Positions 17,051 through 26,706 of a stretch of DNA of 58,501 nucleotides are shown piece after piece. Under the pieces are notes generated by a model. It did not search any database. It had not been told where the DNA came from and saw nothing but the letters and a program-made list of their open reading frames with translations. The position numbers and the translations under genes were made by a program. Source of the stretch: an uncultured Eubacteriales bacterium (GTDB taxonomy: Bacteria; Bacillota; Clostridia; Christensenellales; CAG-138); contig CADAPG010000003.1 in the NCBI GenBank assembly GCA_902789675.1, positions 1 to 58,501 on the forward strand. The letters run 5' to 3'. Numbering within the stretch: the first letter of the stretch is position 1; every line of letters begins with the position of its first letter.

Positions 17051-18163
17051 ATGAACGATCAAAGGAAAGAGTACGGCAAACGCCCCGCATCGGGGGACAC
17101 CGGCGCGCGCACGCGCAAACAGTATGAAAAGCCCTACGGCAAGAAGTCCTATCCGAACGACAGGCGCGGCTTCGGTTCCGACGAGCGGGACTATCCGAAG
17201 CCCGTTTACGACCGACCCTACGCGGGCGATCACCGCAAGAAGAACGCCGAGCAGAAGGGCGATTATCCGAAAAAGCCGTACGACCGCAAGCCCTACGGCA
17301 AGCCGGATGAGCGCAAGCCCTTCGATCGGAACGAAAAGCCGTACGACCGCAGACGCGACGAAAAGCCGAAGAAGCCGTACGAGCCCGCGCCGGTCGAGAA
17401 CGAGCGCGACGAGCAGCCGTATCTGCTGATCGGCAGAAACGCGGTGCGCGAAGCCCTGAAGAGCGGCAGAAGCATCGACCGCGTGCTGGTAACGACCGAG
17501 CACGACGGTTCCCTGGGCGAGATCGTGACCCTTGCGCGCGAGCGGAAGCTTGTCGTGCGCGAGGTCGACCGCAAAAAGCTCGACGAGCTGTGCATGCCGT
17601 TCGGACACGGCGGAAAGACCGCGAACCATCAGGGCGTCGTGGCGTACGCGGCGGGCGTGACCTACTGCGACGTTTCCGACATTCTCGACGCGGCGAAGGA
17701 AAAGGGCGAAGCGCCGTTTATCATCGTGCTGGACGGCGTGGAGGATCCGCACAACCTCGGCTCCATCATCCGCAGCGCGGACTGCGCCGGCGCGCACGGC
17801 GTCATCATCGGCAAGCGCAGAAGCGCGTCCGTCACCGCAGCCGCCGTCAAGGCGAGCGCGGGCGCGACCGAATACGTCAAGATCGCGCGGGTCGTGAACA
17901 TCTCCGCCGCGATCGCGCAGCTGAAGTCCGCGGGCGTATGGGTCGCGGGCGCGGACATGCAGGGCGAAAGCATGCGCACCGCCGCAATGAAGGGACCGCT
18001 GGCGATCGTCATCGGCAACGAGGGCGAGGGGATCTCGAAGCTCGTGCGCGACAACTGCGACTTCCTCGTCTCCATTCCGATGCAGGGACACATCGATTCG
18101 CTGAACGCGGGCGTCGCCGCCGCGATCCTGATGTTTGAAAAGAAGCGGCAGGACGCCGAGTAA
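17051..18163 (+). CDS. rlmB: 23S rRNA Gm2251 methyltransferase with long low-complexity N-terminal extension
   Basis: IGRNAVREAL, HQGVVA, LDGVEDPHNLGSIIRSA, GNEGEG, SLNAGVA SPOUT motifs; AAAGGAG RBS before 17051. Confidence 0.93.
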   Translation: MNDQRKEYGKRPASGDTGARTRKQYEKPYGKKSYPNDRRGFGSDERDYPKPVYDRPYAGDHRKKNAEQKGDYPKKPYDRKPYGKPDERKPFDRNEKPYDRRRDEKPKKPYEPAPVENERDEQPYLLIGRNAVREALKSGRSIDRVLVTTEHDGSLGEIVTLARERKLVVREVDRKKLDELCMPFGHGGKTANHQGVVAYAAGVTYCDVSDILDAAKEKGEAPFIIVLDGVEDPHNLGSIIRSADCAGAHGVIIGKRRSASVTAAAVKASAGATEYVKIARVVNISAAIAQLKSAGVWVAGADMQGESMRTAAMKGPLAIVIGNEGEGISKLVRDNCDFLVSIPMQGHIDSLNAGVAAAILMFEKKRQDAE

Positions 18164-18165
18164 GC

Positions 18166-18762
18166 ATGAACATACAGACCGACGAACAACTGCTTGCCCG
18201 GATCCGGGAGGGCGACGAAGAGGCGGAACGGCTGCTGTACGAACGGTACAAGCAGCTGGTTCGTTCGCGCGCGCATTCGTATTTTCTGATCGGCGCGGAC
18301 CACGAGGACCTCGTGCAGGAGGGCATGCTGGGGCTCTATAAGGCGGTCTGCGAATACGACGAGGAGAAGGCGGCGTCCTTCAAAAGCTTTGCGGAGCTGT
18401 GCATCACGCGGCAGATCCTGTCGGCGATCAAAAACGCGACGCGCAAAAAGCACACGCCGCTGAACCACTATATCTCGCTGAACCGCTCGCCGGTCGAGGC
18501 GGAGGGGGAGATGACGCTTCTGGACACCATGCGCTCGCTGACCGTCGCCGACCCCGAGGACGTGGTGATCGGGCGCGAGAATTTCGAGCGGATGGTGGAA
18601 TACCTCGAAAAAACGCTGTCGCCGATGGAGCGGCGGGTCTTGAGCCTGTATCTCGACGGACTGTCCTATCCGCAGATCGCGGTCCGCATCGAAAAGCCGC
18701 TGAAATCGGTCGACAACGCCATGCAGCGCGTCAAGCACAAGCTCGAGGGGTTCAAAAACTGA
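18166..18762 (+). CDS. sigH: RNA polymerase sigma-H factor
   Basis: YFLIGADHEDLVQEGMLGLYKA, SFKSFAELCITRQ, KSVDNAMQRVK; follows mrnC-rlmB. Confidence 0.95.
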   Translation: MNIQTDEQLLARIREGDEEAERLLYERYKQLVRSRAHSYFLIGADHEDLVQEGMLGLYKAVCEYDEEKAASFKSFAELCITRQILSAIKNATRKKHTPLNHYISLNRSPVEAEGEMTLLDTMRSLTVADPEDVVIGRENFERMVEYLEKTLSPMERRVLSLYLDGLSYPQIAVRIEKPLKSVDNAMQRVKHKLEGFKN

Positions 18763-18845
18763 ACGAAACAGGGGATGTTCAAAAAACGCACGGTCGTTTC
18801 CGAACATCCCCTTTGCATGATCCGACGACGTACCGGAGAAAAAGA

Positions 18846-18875
18846 AAGGGGGTTCCGCACGGGAACCCCTTATTT
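18846..18875. terminator. intrinsic terminator between sigH and the convergent lipoprotein
   Basis: AGGGGGTTCC/GGAACCCCT stem with A/T flanks. Confidence 0.6.
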
Positions 18876-18896
18876 CTGTTTTGCCGTTTGCGGCGG

Positions 18897-19670
18897 TTAT
18901 GCGCCGTAGGTGCAGAGCGCGCCGACGTCGAGGTCGATCGTCTGGGTGATCTCCGCGCCGCCCTCGAGGTTTTCATATACGTACACGAGCGCGTAGTGCG
19001 GAACGGGATTCGGCACGACGGGCGTGATCTTGCAGAGCAGGCAGCGGTTCTGTCCCGCGACGACCTGCGTCGCAAGGTTTGCGACCGGCTCGTAGTTTGC
19101 GCCGTCAAGGGATGCAAGCGCCTTATCGAGGTTCGCCTTGATCTCGTCGGTGATCTCATACGATTCTGCGTATGTCCAGCCGCCCATCAGCGTTTCGTCC
19201 GCGGGGATCGGCTCCGCCTCGCCGTACTCGTTCGGAATGACGGGCATATCGGCAAAGTTCATGACCGAGGCGTTGCCCTGCAGGTCCTGATAGATGTACA
19301 CGAGCACATAGGTCGGCTTTGCGTCGGGATAGACGACCGTCGCCTGCGCGAGGAAGCAGTAGTTGGTTCCCGCCACGACCTGCGTGCCGAGGCATGCAAT
19401 GGGCGTGTAGTTCACGCCGACCAGTTCCGCAAGCGCCTTCTCAAAGACCGCGCGAAGCTCGTCGGTCAGCGCGGGATCCTCCGCGTTTGCCCAACCGCCG
19501 GCGATCGGCTCGTTGACGGGGGATTCTTCCGTCTGCGCGTTCTCCTCCGCAGCCGCCTGCGGTTCGTCGTTCTTCTGTCCGGCGGGCGCGTTTGCCTCCG
19601 TCGTCTTTCCGCATGCGGCGAACGCCGCGATCAGCAGCGCGCAAAGCATCAAAGCGATCAGTTTCTTCAT
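18897..19670 (-). CDS. lipoprotein with two tandem cystatin-like (QVVAG) domains
   Basis: Lipobox FAAC; two ~95-aa repeats GGW..helix..TQVVAG.N. Confidence 0.75.
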   Translation of the reverse strand: MKKLIALMLCALLIAAFAACGKTTEANAPAGQKNDEPQAAAEENAQTEESPVNEPIAGGWANAEDPALTDELRAVFEKALAELVGVNYTPIACLGTQVVAGTNYCFLAQATVVYPDAKPTYVLVYIYQDLQGNASVMNFADMPVIPNEYGEAEPIPADETLMGGWTYAESYEITDEIKANLDKALASLDGANYEPVANLATQVVAGQNRCLLCKITPVVPNPVPHYALVYVYENLEGGAEITQTIDLDVGALCTYGA

Positions 19671-19904
19671 GGTATTGATTTCCTTTCTGTATCATGTATT
19701 GTTGTTCAGGCAATTTTGCGCGGGCGCTTCGGCGTCCGTACATCATATATACTGTATGATACGGGATTCGGTTGCGCGGCACAAGAGATTTTTTGTAAAT
19801 ATTCTGCGAAACCGCAAAAAAAAGCTGTGCGGAAAAGCCCTTGCGGGATGGGAAAAAGTATGGTACGATACCGGAAAGATCCGAGAAACGCAAGGGAAAC
19901 AACC

Positions 19905-20477
19905 ATGCTGCCTGTGCTGCTTCTGAACGCGGTGAACGCCGTGCTTGTCGCGGGATGTATGATCTGGGCGATCCGGCATACGAATCCCGCCCGCGGTCTG
20001 TTTCGCTTTTTCACCATACTGTCCAACCTGTTCTGCGGGGCTGCGTCGCTGGTCACGGCGATCTTTGCGGCGACCGGCAGCCTGCCGTTCTTCGTGCTGC
20101 TGCTGAAGTACGCCGCCACGTCGGCGGTCGCGGTGACGCTGCTGACGGTGCTGTTCTTTCTGGTCCCTGCCACGCGCGATTTCAAGCGGATGCTGACCGG
20201 TCCGGAGTTCTTTCTGCATCTCCTGTGTCCGCTGCTTGCGATCGTGTCCTTCCTTGCCTTCGAAAAAAAGACCGCCATGCCCGCGTGGACGATCGCCGTC
20301 GGCGTCGCGCCGGTCGTGCTGTACGGACTGGTCTATATGAAGCAGGTCATCTTTACGCCGGAGGGACGCGGCTGGGACGATATCTACGGCTTCAACCGCA
20401 CCGGCAAATGGCCGGTCGCATTTGCCCTGATGCTGCTCGGCACAGTGCTGATCGCGTTCCTGCTCTGGCTGATCTGA
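19905..20477 (+). CDS. multi-pass membrane protein (FAR-17a/AIG1/Pr6Pr-like)
   Basis: FFTILSN and HLLCP motifs, about six TM helices, DIYGF; ATG at 19905 in frame with the long ORF. Confidence 0.75.
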   Translation: MLPVLLLNAVNAVLVAGCMIWAIRHTNPARGLFRFFTILSNLFCGAASLVTAIFAATGSLPFFVLLLKYAATSAVAVTLLTVLFFLVPATRDFKRMLTGPEFFLHLLCPLLAIVSFLAFEKKTAMPAWTIAVGVAPVVLYGLVYMKQVIFTPEGRGWDDIYGFNRTGKWPVAFALMLLGTVLIAFLLWLI

Positions 20478-20589
20478 ACGGTTTTTTCCCGCCGCCCCGT
20501 GCGGCTTTCTTTTTTTTACAAAAAATAAAACCAAACCGGTCGTCTGACACTCCTATTAGTCGAAAAGCAACAAACGGGGGACAAAAACA

Positions 20590-21105
20590 ATGGATAAATC
20601 GGGATTTTTTGTAATCGGCGGGTTCGTCATGATCCTCTGGATCGTCGGTCTGGTGATCCGGCTCTGCGCAGGCTCCAGAAGCGAACAGGCGGTCACGGAC
20701 GTCGATACGGACATGCAGAAGCTGGACGCGCTCGCACAGCGCGTGCAGAAGCTGAACGGGGTCTTTCGCAACACGCTGCGCGGCGGTGCGGCGGAGAACG
20801 AGGTCAGGAGACTCCCTGCGTACCTGAAGGAATACGCAGAGCTCGCGCAGGAATATTCGCAGCGCCGCAAGGAGCTGCGCGAGCAGTTCAACAAGGCAAG
20901 CGAAGCGCTTGAAGGTCTGCGCATGTCGCAGAACATGCTGGGCGGCGCGAACGACCTCGGCGCGATTCCGTACTATATCCGCGAACACGACTATAACAAA
21001 GCGGTACGGCAGTTCAACAGCATGTCCGCAGACGATCTTTTCGATCCAGAATTATACCGGCAGGTCTGCGAATACTGGAAAAAACGCTGCGCTTTGGCTG
21101 CATGA
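20590..21105 (+). CDS. membrane-anchored coiled-coil hypothetical protein
   Basis: N-terminal TM, helical body, GGGGGA RBS. Confidence 0.75.
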   Translation: MDKSGFFVIGGFVMILWIVGLVIRLCAGSRSEQAVTDVDTDMQKLDALAQRVQKLNGVFRNTLRGGAAENEVRRLPAYLKEYAELAQEYSQRRKELREQFNKASEALEGLRMSQNMLGGANDLGAIPYYIREHDYNKAVRQFNSMSADDLFDPELYRQVCEYWKKRCALAA

Positions 21106-21128
21106 AACAAAGAAAGGAGATACTTCAT

Positions 21129-21545
21129 ATGAAACGCAGATTCTTCACGATCTTCACAGGTCTTTTACTTACCGCTCTTCTTCTCGGCACGGTCGGCTGC
21201 GCAGACAGCGTCCTGCAGACGTCTCTCAGGGGACCCTTCGAAAACGCATTTACGCTCGAACAGCCCGGGGAGAACGAAACGATCCTGATCCAAAGCCCGC
21301 AGGACGACGAGCCCGCACCCGTCTATGCAGCGCCGGAACCCGAAGAGGCGCCGGAACCCGAGCCTGTGCAGGAAGAAGCGCCGCATCAGGAGATGCCGGT
21401 GTACACGGCTCCGCAGCACGTCGTCTGCCCGCAGTGCGGCGGATCGGGACAGTTCTATAACCCGATCCTGTACTTTGACGGCATGTTCTGGCAGGGCGGA
21501 TATACCGCCTGTCCCACCTGCGGCGGAAGCGGCTGGTTATATTGA
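21129..21545 (+). CDS. lipoprotein with C-terminal CxxCxGxG zinc finger
   Basis: AAGGAG RBS, lipobox TVGC, P/E linker, CPQCGGSG..CPTCGGSG. Confidence 0.8.
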   Translation: MKRRFFTIFTGLLLTALLLGTVGCADSVLQTSLRGPFENAFTLEQPGENETILIQSPQDDEPAPVYAAPEPEEAPEPEPVQEEAPHQEMPVYTAPQHVVCPQCGGSGQFYNPILYFDGMFWQGGYTACPTCGGSGWLY

Positions 21546-21580
21546 GTTTGTTCCTCCTGTATCATATCCCTCCCACATGC

Positions 21581-21617
21581 GGGAAAAGCCTCCGTTTTTC
21601 GGAGGCTTTTCTCTTTC
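21581..21617 (+). terminator. intrinsic terminator
   Basis: GAAAAGCCTCCG-TTTTT-CGGAGGCTTTTC followed by TCTTT. Confidence 0.7.
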
Positions 21618-21732
21618 ATGTCCGGTTTTTCGGACATGGCATATGTTATGTTGAGATCGTTAAAACCAAAGGACGGTCTTTTCTGTCCTTACTGACAAAA
21701 GAAACGCAGAAGCGTTCGAAAGGAGAACAGTC

Positions 21733-24231
21733 ATGAAAAAAACGATTGCATGGATCCTCTGCATCCTGATGATGCTTGCCCTCATTCCCGCCGCGTTCGC
21801 GGACGGAAACGTGCTGCCGCCGGCGGAAGCGCTCAGCGACGACACGGTCCTCGTCGGCGTTTCCGGCACGTTCACGGAGGACCACGCCGCGGTGCTCCGG
21901 GAGCTGAACCGCATCCGCTATCTCGCCTGCTATTACGGCGATCCCGACCCGCGCAACCGGGAGCACGCGCTTTCGCTTGCGGACACGTCCGGCGGCGAGG
22001 AGCCCTCGGACGCCGTGCTGGCGCAGGAGAACGGCGACTACGTCCCCGCACAGTGGGATTCCGATCTGCAGCGCATCGCGGAGATCCGCGCGGTTGAAGC
22101 AAGCATCAGCTTCAGCCATACCCGCCCGAACGGCATGAGCTGCTTCACCGTGGAGATCAACGGCACGGGCAGCTTCTGCGAATGCCTTGCGTCGTCGTCC
22201 GACGCGGTCTATTCGCTGACCATGTACCGCAGCGAACGGCAGGACTGGATCGACGGCACCGACGCCGTGACCGGTCACTATACCGCAATGATCTCGCCCT
22301 CCCGCCGGTATTACGGCATCGCGGGGTTCCGTGATGTGTCCGGCTACGGCGCTTCTTCGCTGGAAGCGTGCGGCTCGCTCGGCGGCAGCACGACGCCGAT
22401 CGCGCGGAGCGGCGTGTATATGCAGATCACGGAGCTGCCGACAAGCGTCTTCGACGGCGCGGCGCTGAACGGAAACGACGCGATGAAGGTCGGCGAAACG
22501 CAGACGCTTGAGATGCTTCTGAAGCGCGGGACCAAGCGCACCTTCACCCCGTACGAGCCCGTAACCTGGCAGAGCAGCGATCCCGACGTTCTGACCGTCG
22601 ACGAAAACGGCAGGGTCGAAGCGCTGAAGAGCGGCACGGCAACGGTCACCGCGACCTTTGCGGAACAGACGGCGACGCTGGAGATCACGGTCACAACCGA
22701 CGGATCCGCGGAGCCCGAAGATCCCGAACAGCCTCAGGAACGCTCCGGACAGTGCGGCGACAACGTCTTCTGGAAGCTCGGCGACAACGGCGTGATGACC
22801 GTATCCGGCGAAGGCGAAACGTGGTGGTTCTGGGACGAGAATCCCACCTTCTGGGAATATCGCGGGGATGTGAAGGAGATCGTCTTTGAGGACGGCGTCA
22901 CGGGCATCGGCGGCTACTTCCTGTACGATATGTACAACCTTGAAACCATGCGTATCTCCAAGACCGTCCGGACCATGCAGGAAGGCAACTGGGGCACCCC
23001 GCGCCTTGCGGTGATCACGGTCGATCCGGACAGCACGCACCTGACCGCGATCGACAACGTCCTGTACTCGAAGAACATGCGGGCGCTGTGCAAGTACGCC
23101 TCGCAGAAGCCCGACACGTATTACCGCATCCCGGACGGCGTGGAAGAGGTCTGTGAAGCGGCGATGTATTCGAACAATCTTCGTACGGTCGTGCTGCCCG
23201 AAAGCATAAAGCTGCTGGAGCCTGTGGCGATCAGCGGCAAAAACCTGACGGACGTATACTTCCGCGGACTGCCCCCCGAAGACGGCGGCGCGGGCAGCGA
23301 CGTATTCGGCGATCCGGACCTGATCACGGTGTGGTATCCGGACTGGCTGCGCGACGCATGGGCGCCCAACGGCGAAACGATGATGGATATCTACCGGATC
23401 GCGCCGTATTACTCACCGGTGCAGCAGATCGAGCTGAACGCGGAGGACGTCGGCTACAAGGGCGAAACGCCGTACGTCGTCTATGACGGCAAGGCGCATA
23501 CGCCGCGCTTCACGGTGCTTGACAGAAACGGCAGCGTCGTCGACGAAAGCGAATACACCGTGACCTACCGCGACAACACCGCGCCCGGCACCGCCTATAT
23601 CGACGTGCAGTGGAAGGAAGGCGGTCCCGTCGTGACGCAGTTCTTCAAGATCTATCTGTCCGAAACGACGGAGACGTACGTCGAAAACCGCGCCGACGGC
23701 GTCCGGATCACATGGAAGCCGGTCGAGGGCGCGAAGGGCTATGTCATCTACCGCCGCGCGTGGAACCTCACGAGCGCCGGCTGGACGGGGTTTGCGCGCT
23801 GGTACAACACGACCGAAACCACGTGGACGGACACCAAGGTCTATGCCGGCACGCGCTACCAGTACGGCGTCAAGGCATACTTCTCCGATCCGATGGACAA
23901 CTACAATCTCGGTCTGGTCGGACCGCTGAAGACGACCGTGCGCATCACCAGCCGCACGCTGCTCGGCGTCGACGCGGGTGAAAAGCAGATGACGGTCCGC
24001 TGGTCCGGCTCGAAGTACTTCACCGGCTATCAGATCCGGTATTCGACCGATCCGACGTTCAAGACCGGTTCCGTCGCGTTCAAGGTCACGCGTCCGGACG
24101 CCTACCGCAACACGGTCAAGAACCTCGTTTCCGGCACGACCTACTACGTGCAGGTCCGCTCCTATCACGAATTCGAGGGCATGACCTACTTCGGCGAATG
24201 GTCCGAAGCGCTCTCCTGCACCGTACGGTAA
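21733..24231 (+). CDS. secreted multidomain protein: CAP/SCP + Ig-like (Big_2) + BspA-type LRR + FN3 repeats
   Basis: Signal peptide AFA; FSHTRPNG..GHYTAM (CAP); VTWQSSDPDVLTVDENGRVEAL (Big_2); LRR_5-like blocks; two FN3 domains. Confidence 0.85.
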   Translation: MKKTIAWILCILMMLALIPAAFADGNVLPPAEALSDDTVLVGVSGTFTEDHAAVLRELNRIRYLACYYGDPDPRNREHALSLADTSGGEEPSDAVLAQENGDYVPAQWDSDLQRIAEIRAVEASISFSHTRPNGMSCFTVEINGTGSFCECLASSSDAVYSLTMYRSERQDWIDGTDAVTGHYTAMISPSRRYYGIAGFRDVSGYGASSLEACGSLGGSTTPIARSGVYMQITELPTSVFDGAALNGNDAMKVGETQTLEMLLKRGTKRTFTPYEPVTWQSSDPDVLTVDENGRVEALKSGTATVTATFAEQTATLEITVTTDGSAEPEDPEQPQERSGQCGDNVFWKLGDNGVMTVSGEGETWWFWDENPTFWEYRGDVKEIVFEDGVTGIGGYFLYDMYNLETMRISKTVRTMQEGNWGTPRLAVITVDPDSTHLTAIDNVLYSKNMRALCKYASQKPDTYYRIPDGVEEVCEAAMYSNNLRTVVLPESIKLLEPVAISGKNLTDVYFRGLPPEDGGAGSDVFGDPDLITVWYPDWLRDAWAPNGETMMDIYRIAPYYSPVQQIELNAEDVGYKGETPYVVYDGKAHTPRFTVLDRNGSVVDESEYTVTYRDNTAPGTAYIDVQWKEGGPVVTQFFKIYLSETTETYVENRADGVRITWKPVEGAKGYVIYRRAWNLTSAGWTGFARWYNTTETTWTDTKVYAGTRYQYGVKAYFSDPMDNYNLGLVGPLKTTVRITSRTLLGVDAGEKQMTVRWSGSKYFTGYQIRYSTDPTFKTGSVAFKVTRPDAYRNTVKNLVSGTTYYVQVRSYHEFEGMTYFGEWSEALSCTVR

Positions 24232-24287
24232 TACCCTGCGGAGGCGGTCGGCATGTCTGCCTTTCCTGCCGACCGCGCTCTTTCCCG

Positions 24288-24323
24288 AAGGACCTCCGGA
24301 CCCCCGCTCCGGAGGTCCTTTTT
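24288..24323 (+). terminator. intrinsic terminator
   Basis: AAGGACCTCCGGA..TCCGGAGGTCCTTTTT. Confidence 0.7.
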
Positions 24324-24416
24324 CTGCGGACGAGGGGCGGCTTCCCCGCAATACGGGCTTGTCAACGCGGCGGAGATTTGGTATACTGTAAACTGAAGAA
24401 ATCTGTGGGAGGACAT

Positions 24417-25352
24417 ATGGGAAAGAAAGCGAATCATCCCTCGAACGCGGACCGCGGAAAGCGGATCCTGCGCGAAGCGAAAGCCGTCGTTCTGATGTCG
24501 CTGATGATCACGATCGAGGCGCTGGCGGTCACGCTGCTGTACACGCCGGCGGGCGTGGTCACGGGCGGCGTCACCGGTATCGCGATGCTGATCACATACG
24601 CGACGAACGGCGCGGTTCCGAACTGGATCTTCGTCGCGGTCGCCAACATCCCGCTGCTGATCCTGGCGTTTAAGTACCTGCACATCCGGTTCACGGTCTA
24701 CACGCTTCTGATGACGGTGCTGTTCGCCGCGGAGCTTGCGCTGTTCGGCAACCTGCAGTTTCCGGCGCTGTTCGACATGAGCGAGCCGGCGTGGCGCGTG
24801 GTGAGCGTGATCTTCGGCGCGGTCACGATGGGCGTTGCGGGCGGCATGATCGTGCGGCTGGGCGGCAGCACGGGCGGCATGGACATCGTTTCGCTGCTGC
24901 TGAACCGCAAGTTCTCGATCTCGATGGGCACGATCTCGATGTCGCTGAACGTCGTGATCGCGCTTGCGCTGGGCGTCGTGAAAGCGATCGGCGCGGGCGA
25001 TTACCGCATCGGCGTGGAGAGCGCCGCACTGTCGTTCATTGCGCTGTTCGTCACGAGCATTGCGTTCAACAACATCATCCTCGGCATCAACCGCACCAAG
25101 ACGCTGTTCATCATCTCCGACAAGTGGGAGGAGATCGCGCCGGACGTGCTGAACAAGATGCACCGCGGCGTCACGTATATCCCGTGCCGCGGGGCGTACA
25201 CCAATCAAGAAAAGACGCTGGTCTATATCCTGACGAAGACGATCGAGCTCGGACGCATTCGCCGGATCGTCCTCGAAAAGGATCCGAAGGCGATCATTTC
25301 CATCATCGATACGCGGGAGGTCATCGGCAAGGGCTTCTCCGCAGTCAACTGA
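24417..25352 (+). CDS. YitT family membrane protein
   Basis: GGVTGIA, NIPL, GGSTGGMD, HRGVT..GAYT, DPKA..VIGKGF; GGAGG RBS. Confidence 0.9.
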   Translation: MGKKANHPSNADRGKRILREAKAVVLMSLMITIEALAVTLLYTPAGVVTGGVTGIAMLITYATNGAVPNWIFVAVANIPLLILAFKYLHIRFTVYTLLMTVLFAAELALFGNLQFPALFDMSEPAWRVVSVIFGAVTMGVAGGMIVRLGGSTGGMDIVSLLLNRKFSISMGTISMSLNVVIALALGVVKAIGAGDYRIGVESAALSFIALFVTSIAFNNIILGINRTKTLFIISDKWEEIAPDVLNKMHRGVTYIPCRGAYTNQEKTLVYILTKTIELGRIRRIVLEKDPKAIISIIDTREVIGKGFSAVN

Positions 25353-25373
25353 CAGAAAGGAAGGAAATTTGCT

Positions 25374-26705
25374 ATGAAGAATCGGATCGAAGAAACGCTG
25401 CGCGATCAGATCGAAGACCTCAAGGCGCTCGTGCGCATCCCGTCCGTGTCCCGCGGGGATCCCGCGGAGCCGGGTAAGCCGTTCGGCAAGACGGTGTACG
25501 AAGCGCTGCAGGCGGCGCTGGCGATCGCGCGCAGGCTGGGTCTCAACGCGTGGGACGTCGACGGGTACTGCGGCGTCGTCGAGTACGGCGAGGGCGAGGA
25601 GGTCCTCGGCATCCTGGCGCATCTCGACGTCGTTCCGGAGGGCGAGGGCTGGTCGGTCCCGCCGTACTCCGCAACGGAACGCGACGGCCGCATCATCGGA
25701 CGCGGCACGCTGGACGACAAGAGTCCCGCGCTCTCCGCGATCTACGCGCTCGCCGCGATCAAGGACCTCGGCTTCCCGATGAAGCGCCGCGTGCGCGTCA
25801 TCCTCGGCTGCGACGAGGAGATCGGATCTCTGGGCGTCGAGCACTATCTGAAGGTCGAGGGACAGCCGACGCTGGCGTTCACGCCGGACGCGGAATACCC
25901 CGCCGTCAATTCCGAGATGGGCATCATGCACACGACGTACGAAAAGCAGTACCGTTCGGAACTTCGGATCGACTGCGGTTCGGCGGCGAACGTCATCCCC
26001 GGCGTGATCCGCGCCGAGCTCCCGTGCGAGGCGATCCCGGTGGAAGCGCCCGAGGGCTACACGGTTACGTACGAAGGCAGCCGCATCACGGTCGAGGGCC
26101 GCGGCGGTCACGCCTCCATGCCGGAGTTTGCGAAGAACGCGCTGCAGGCGCTTTTGCTGATCCTTGTGCAGCAGCCGCTTCCCGCAGAGGATAAGGCGAC
26201 GGTGCTTGCGCTGCACGCGCTCTGGAAGCTCGACATGCACGGCGAAACGCTCGGCATCGACGTGACGGACGAATCCGGCAGGATCACCTATCAGCCCGAC
26301 GTGATCCGCTTCGACGAAAACGGCGTGCGCTTCATCGCCGACTGCCGCCATCCGTTCTCCGCAAAGGCGGAGGATCTGCTCGCGACGTGGGACGCGGCGT
26401 ACGGCAAGGCGGGCTTTGTCCGCACCGATACGGTCATCAAGCCGGGACACTTCATCCCGGCGGACAGCGAGCTCGTCTCCACGCTGATGAACGTGTACAA
26501 CGAGATGAACGGCTCGGACTCCAAGCCGCTTTCGATGGGCGGCGGCACCTACGCGCGCGAGCTCGACAACGCAGTTGCGTTCGGCACCGTGCGCGAGGGC
26601 GAGGAGAGCATGTGCCACATGCCGGACGAGTCGATCTCGATCGAGGACATCCGCTTCAACACCAACGTCATGGCGGAGGCGATCCGCCGTCTGGCAACCG
26701 TATAA
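25374..26705 (+). CDS. M20 family dipeptidase (PepV/Sapep-like)
   Basis: AHLDVVP, GRGTLDDK, GCDEE, PDAEYP, GGGTYAR, H.PDE. Confidence 0.9.
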   Translation: MKNRIEETLRDQIEDLKALVRIPSVSRGDPAEPGKPFGKTVYEALQAALAIARRLGLNAWDVDGYCGVVEYGEGEEVLGILAHLDVVPEGEGWSVPPYSATERDGRIIGRGTLDDKSPALSAIYALAAIKDLGFPMKRRVRVILGCDEEIGSLGVEHYLKVEGQPTLAFTPDAEYPAVNSEMGIMHTTYEKQYRSELRIDCGSAANVIPGVIRAELPCEAIPVEAPEGYTVTYEGSRITVEGRGGHASMPEFAKNALQALLLILVQQPLPAEDKATVLALHALWKLDMHGETLGIDVTDESGRITYQPDVIRFDENGVRFIADCRHPFSAKAEDLLATWDAAYGKAGFVRTDTVIKPGHFIPADSELVSTLMNVYNEMNGSDSKPLSMGGGTYARELDNAVAFGTVREGEESMCHMPDESISIEDIRFNTNVMAEAIRRLATV

Positions 26706-26706
26706 T

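Noticed and set aside
18399-19904. 5' extension of the 692-aa ORF
   Set aside because: Overlaps sigH and the antisense lipoprotein; the real gene starts at 19905.
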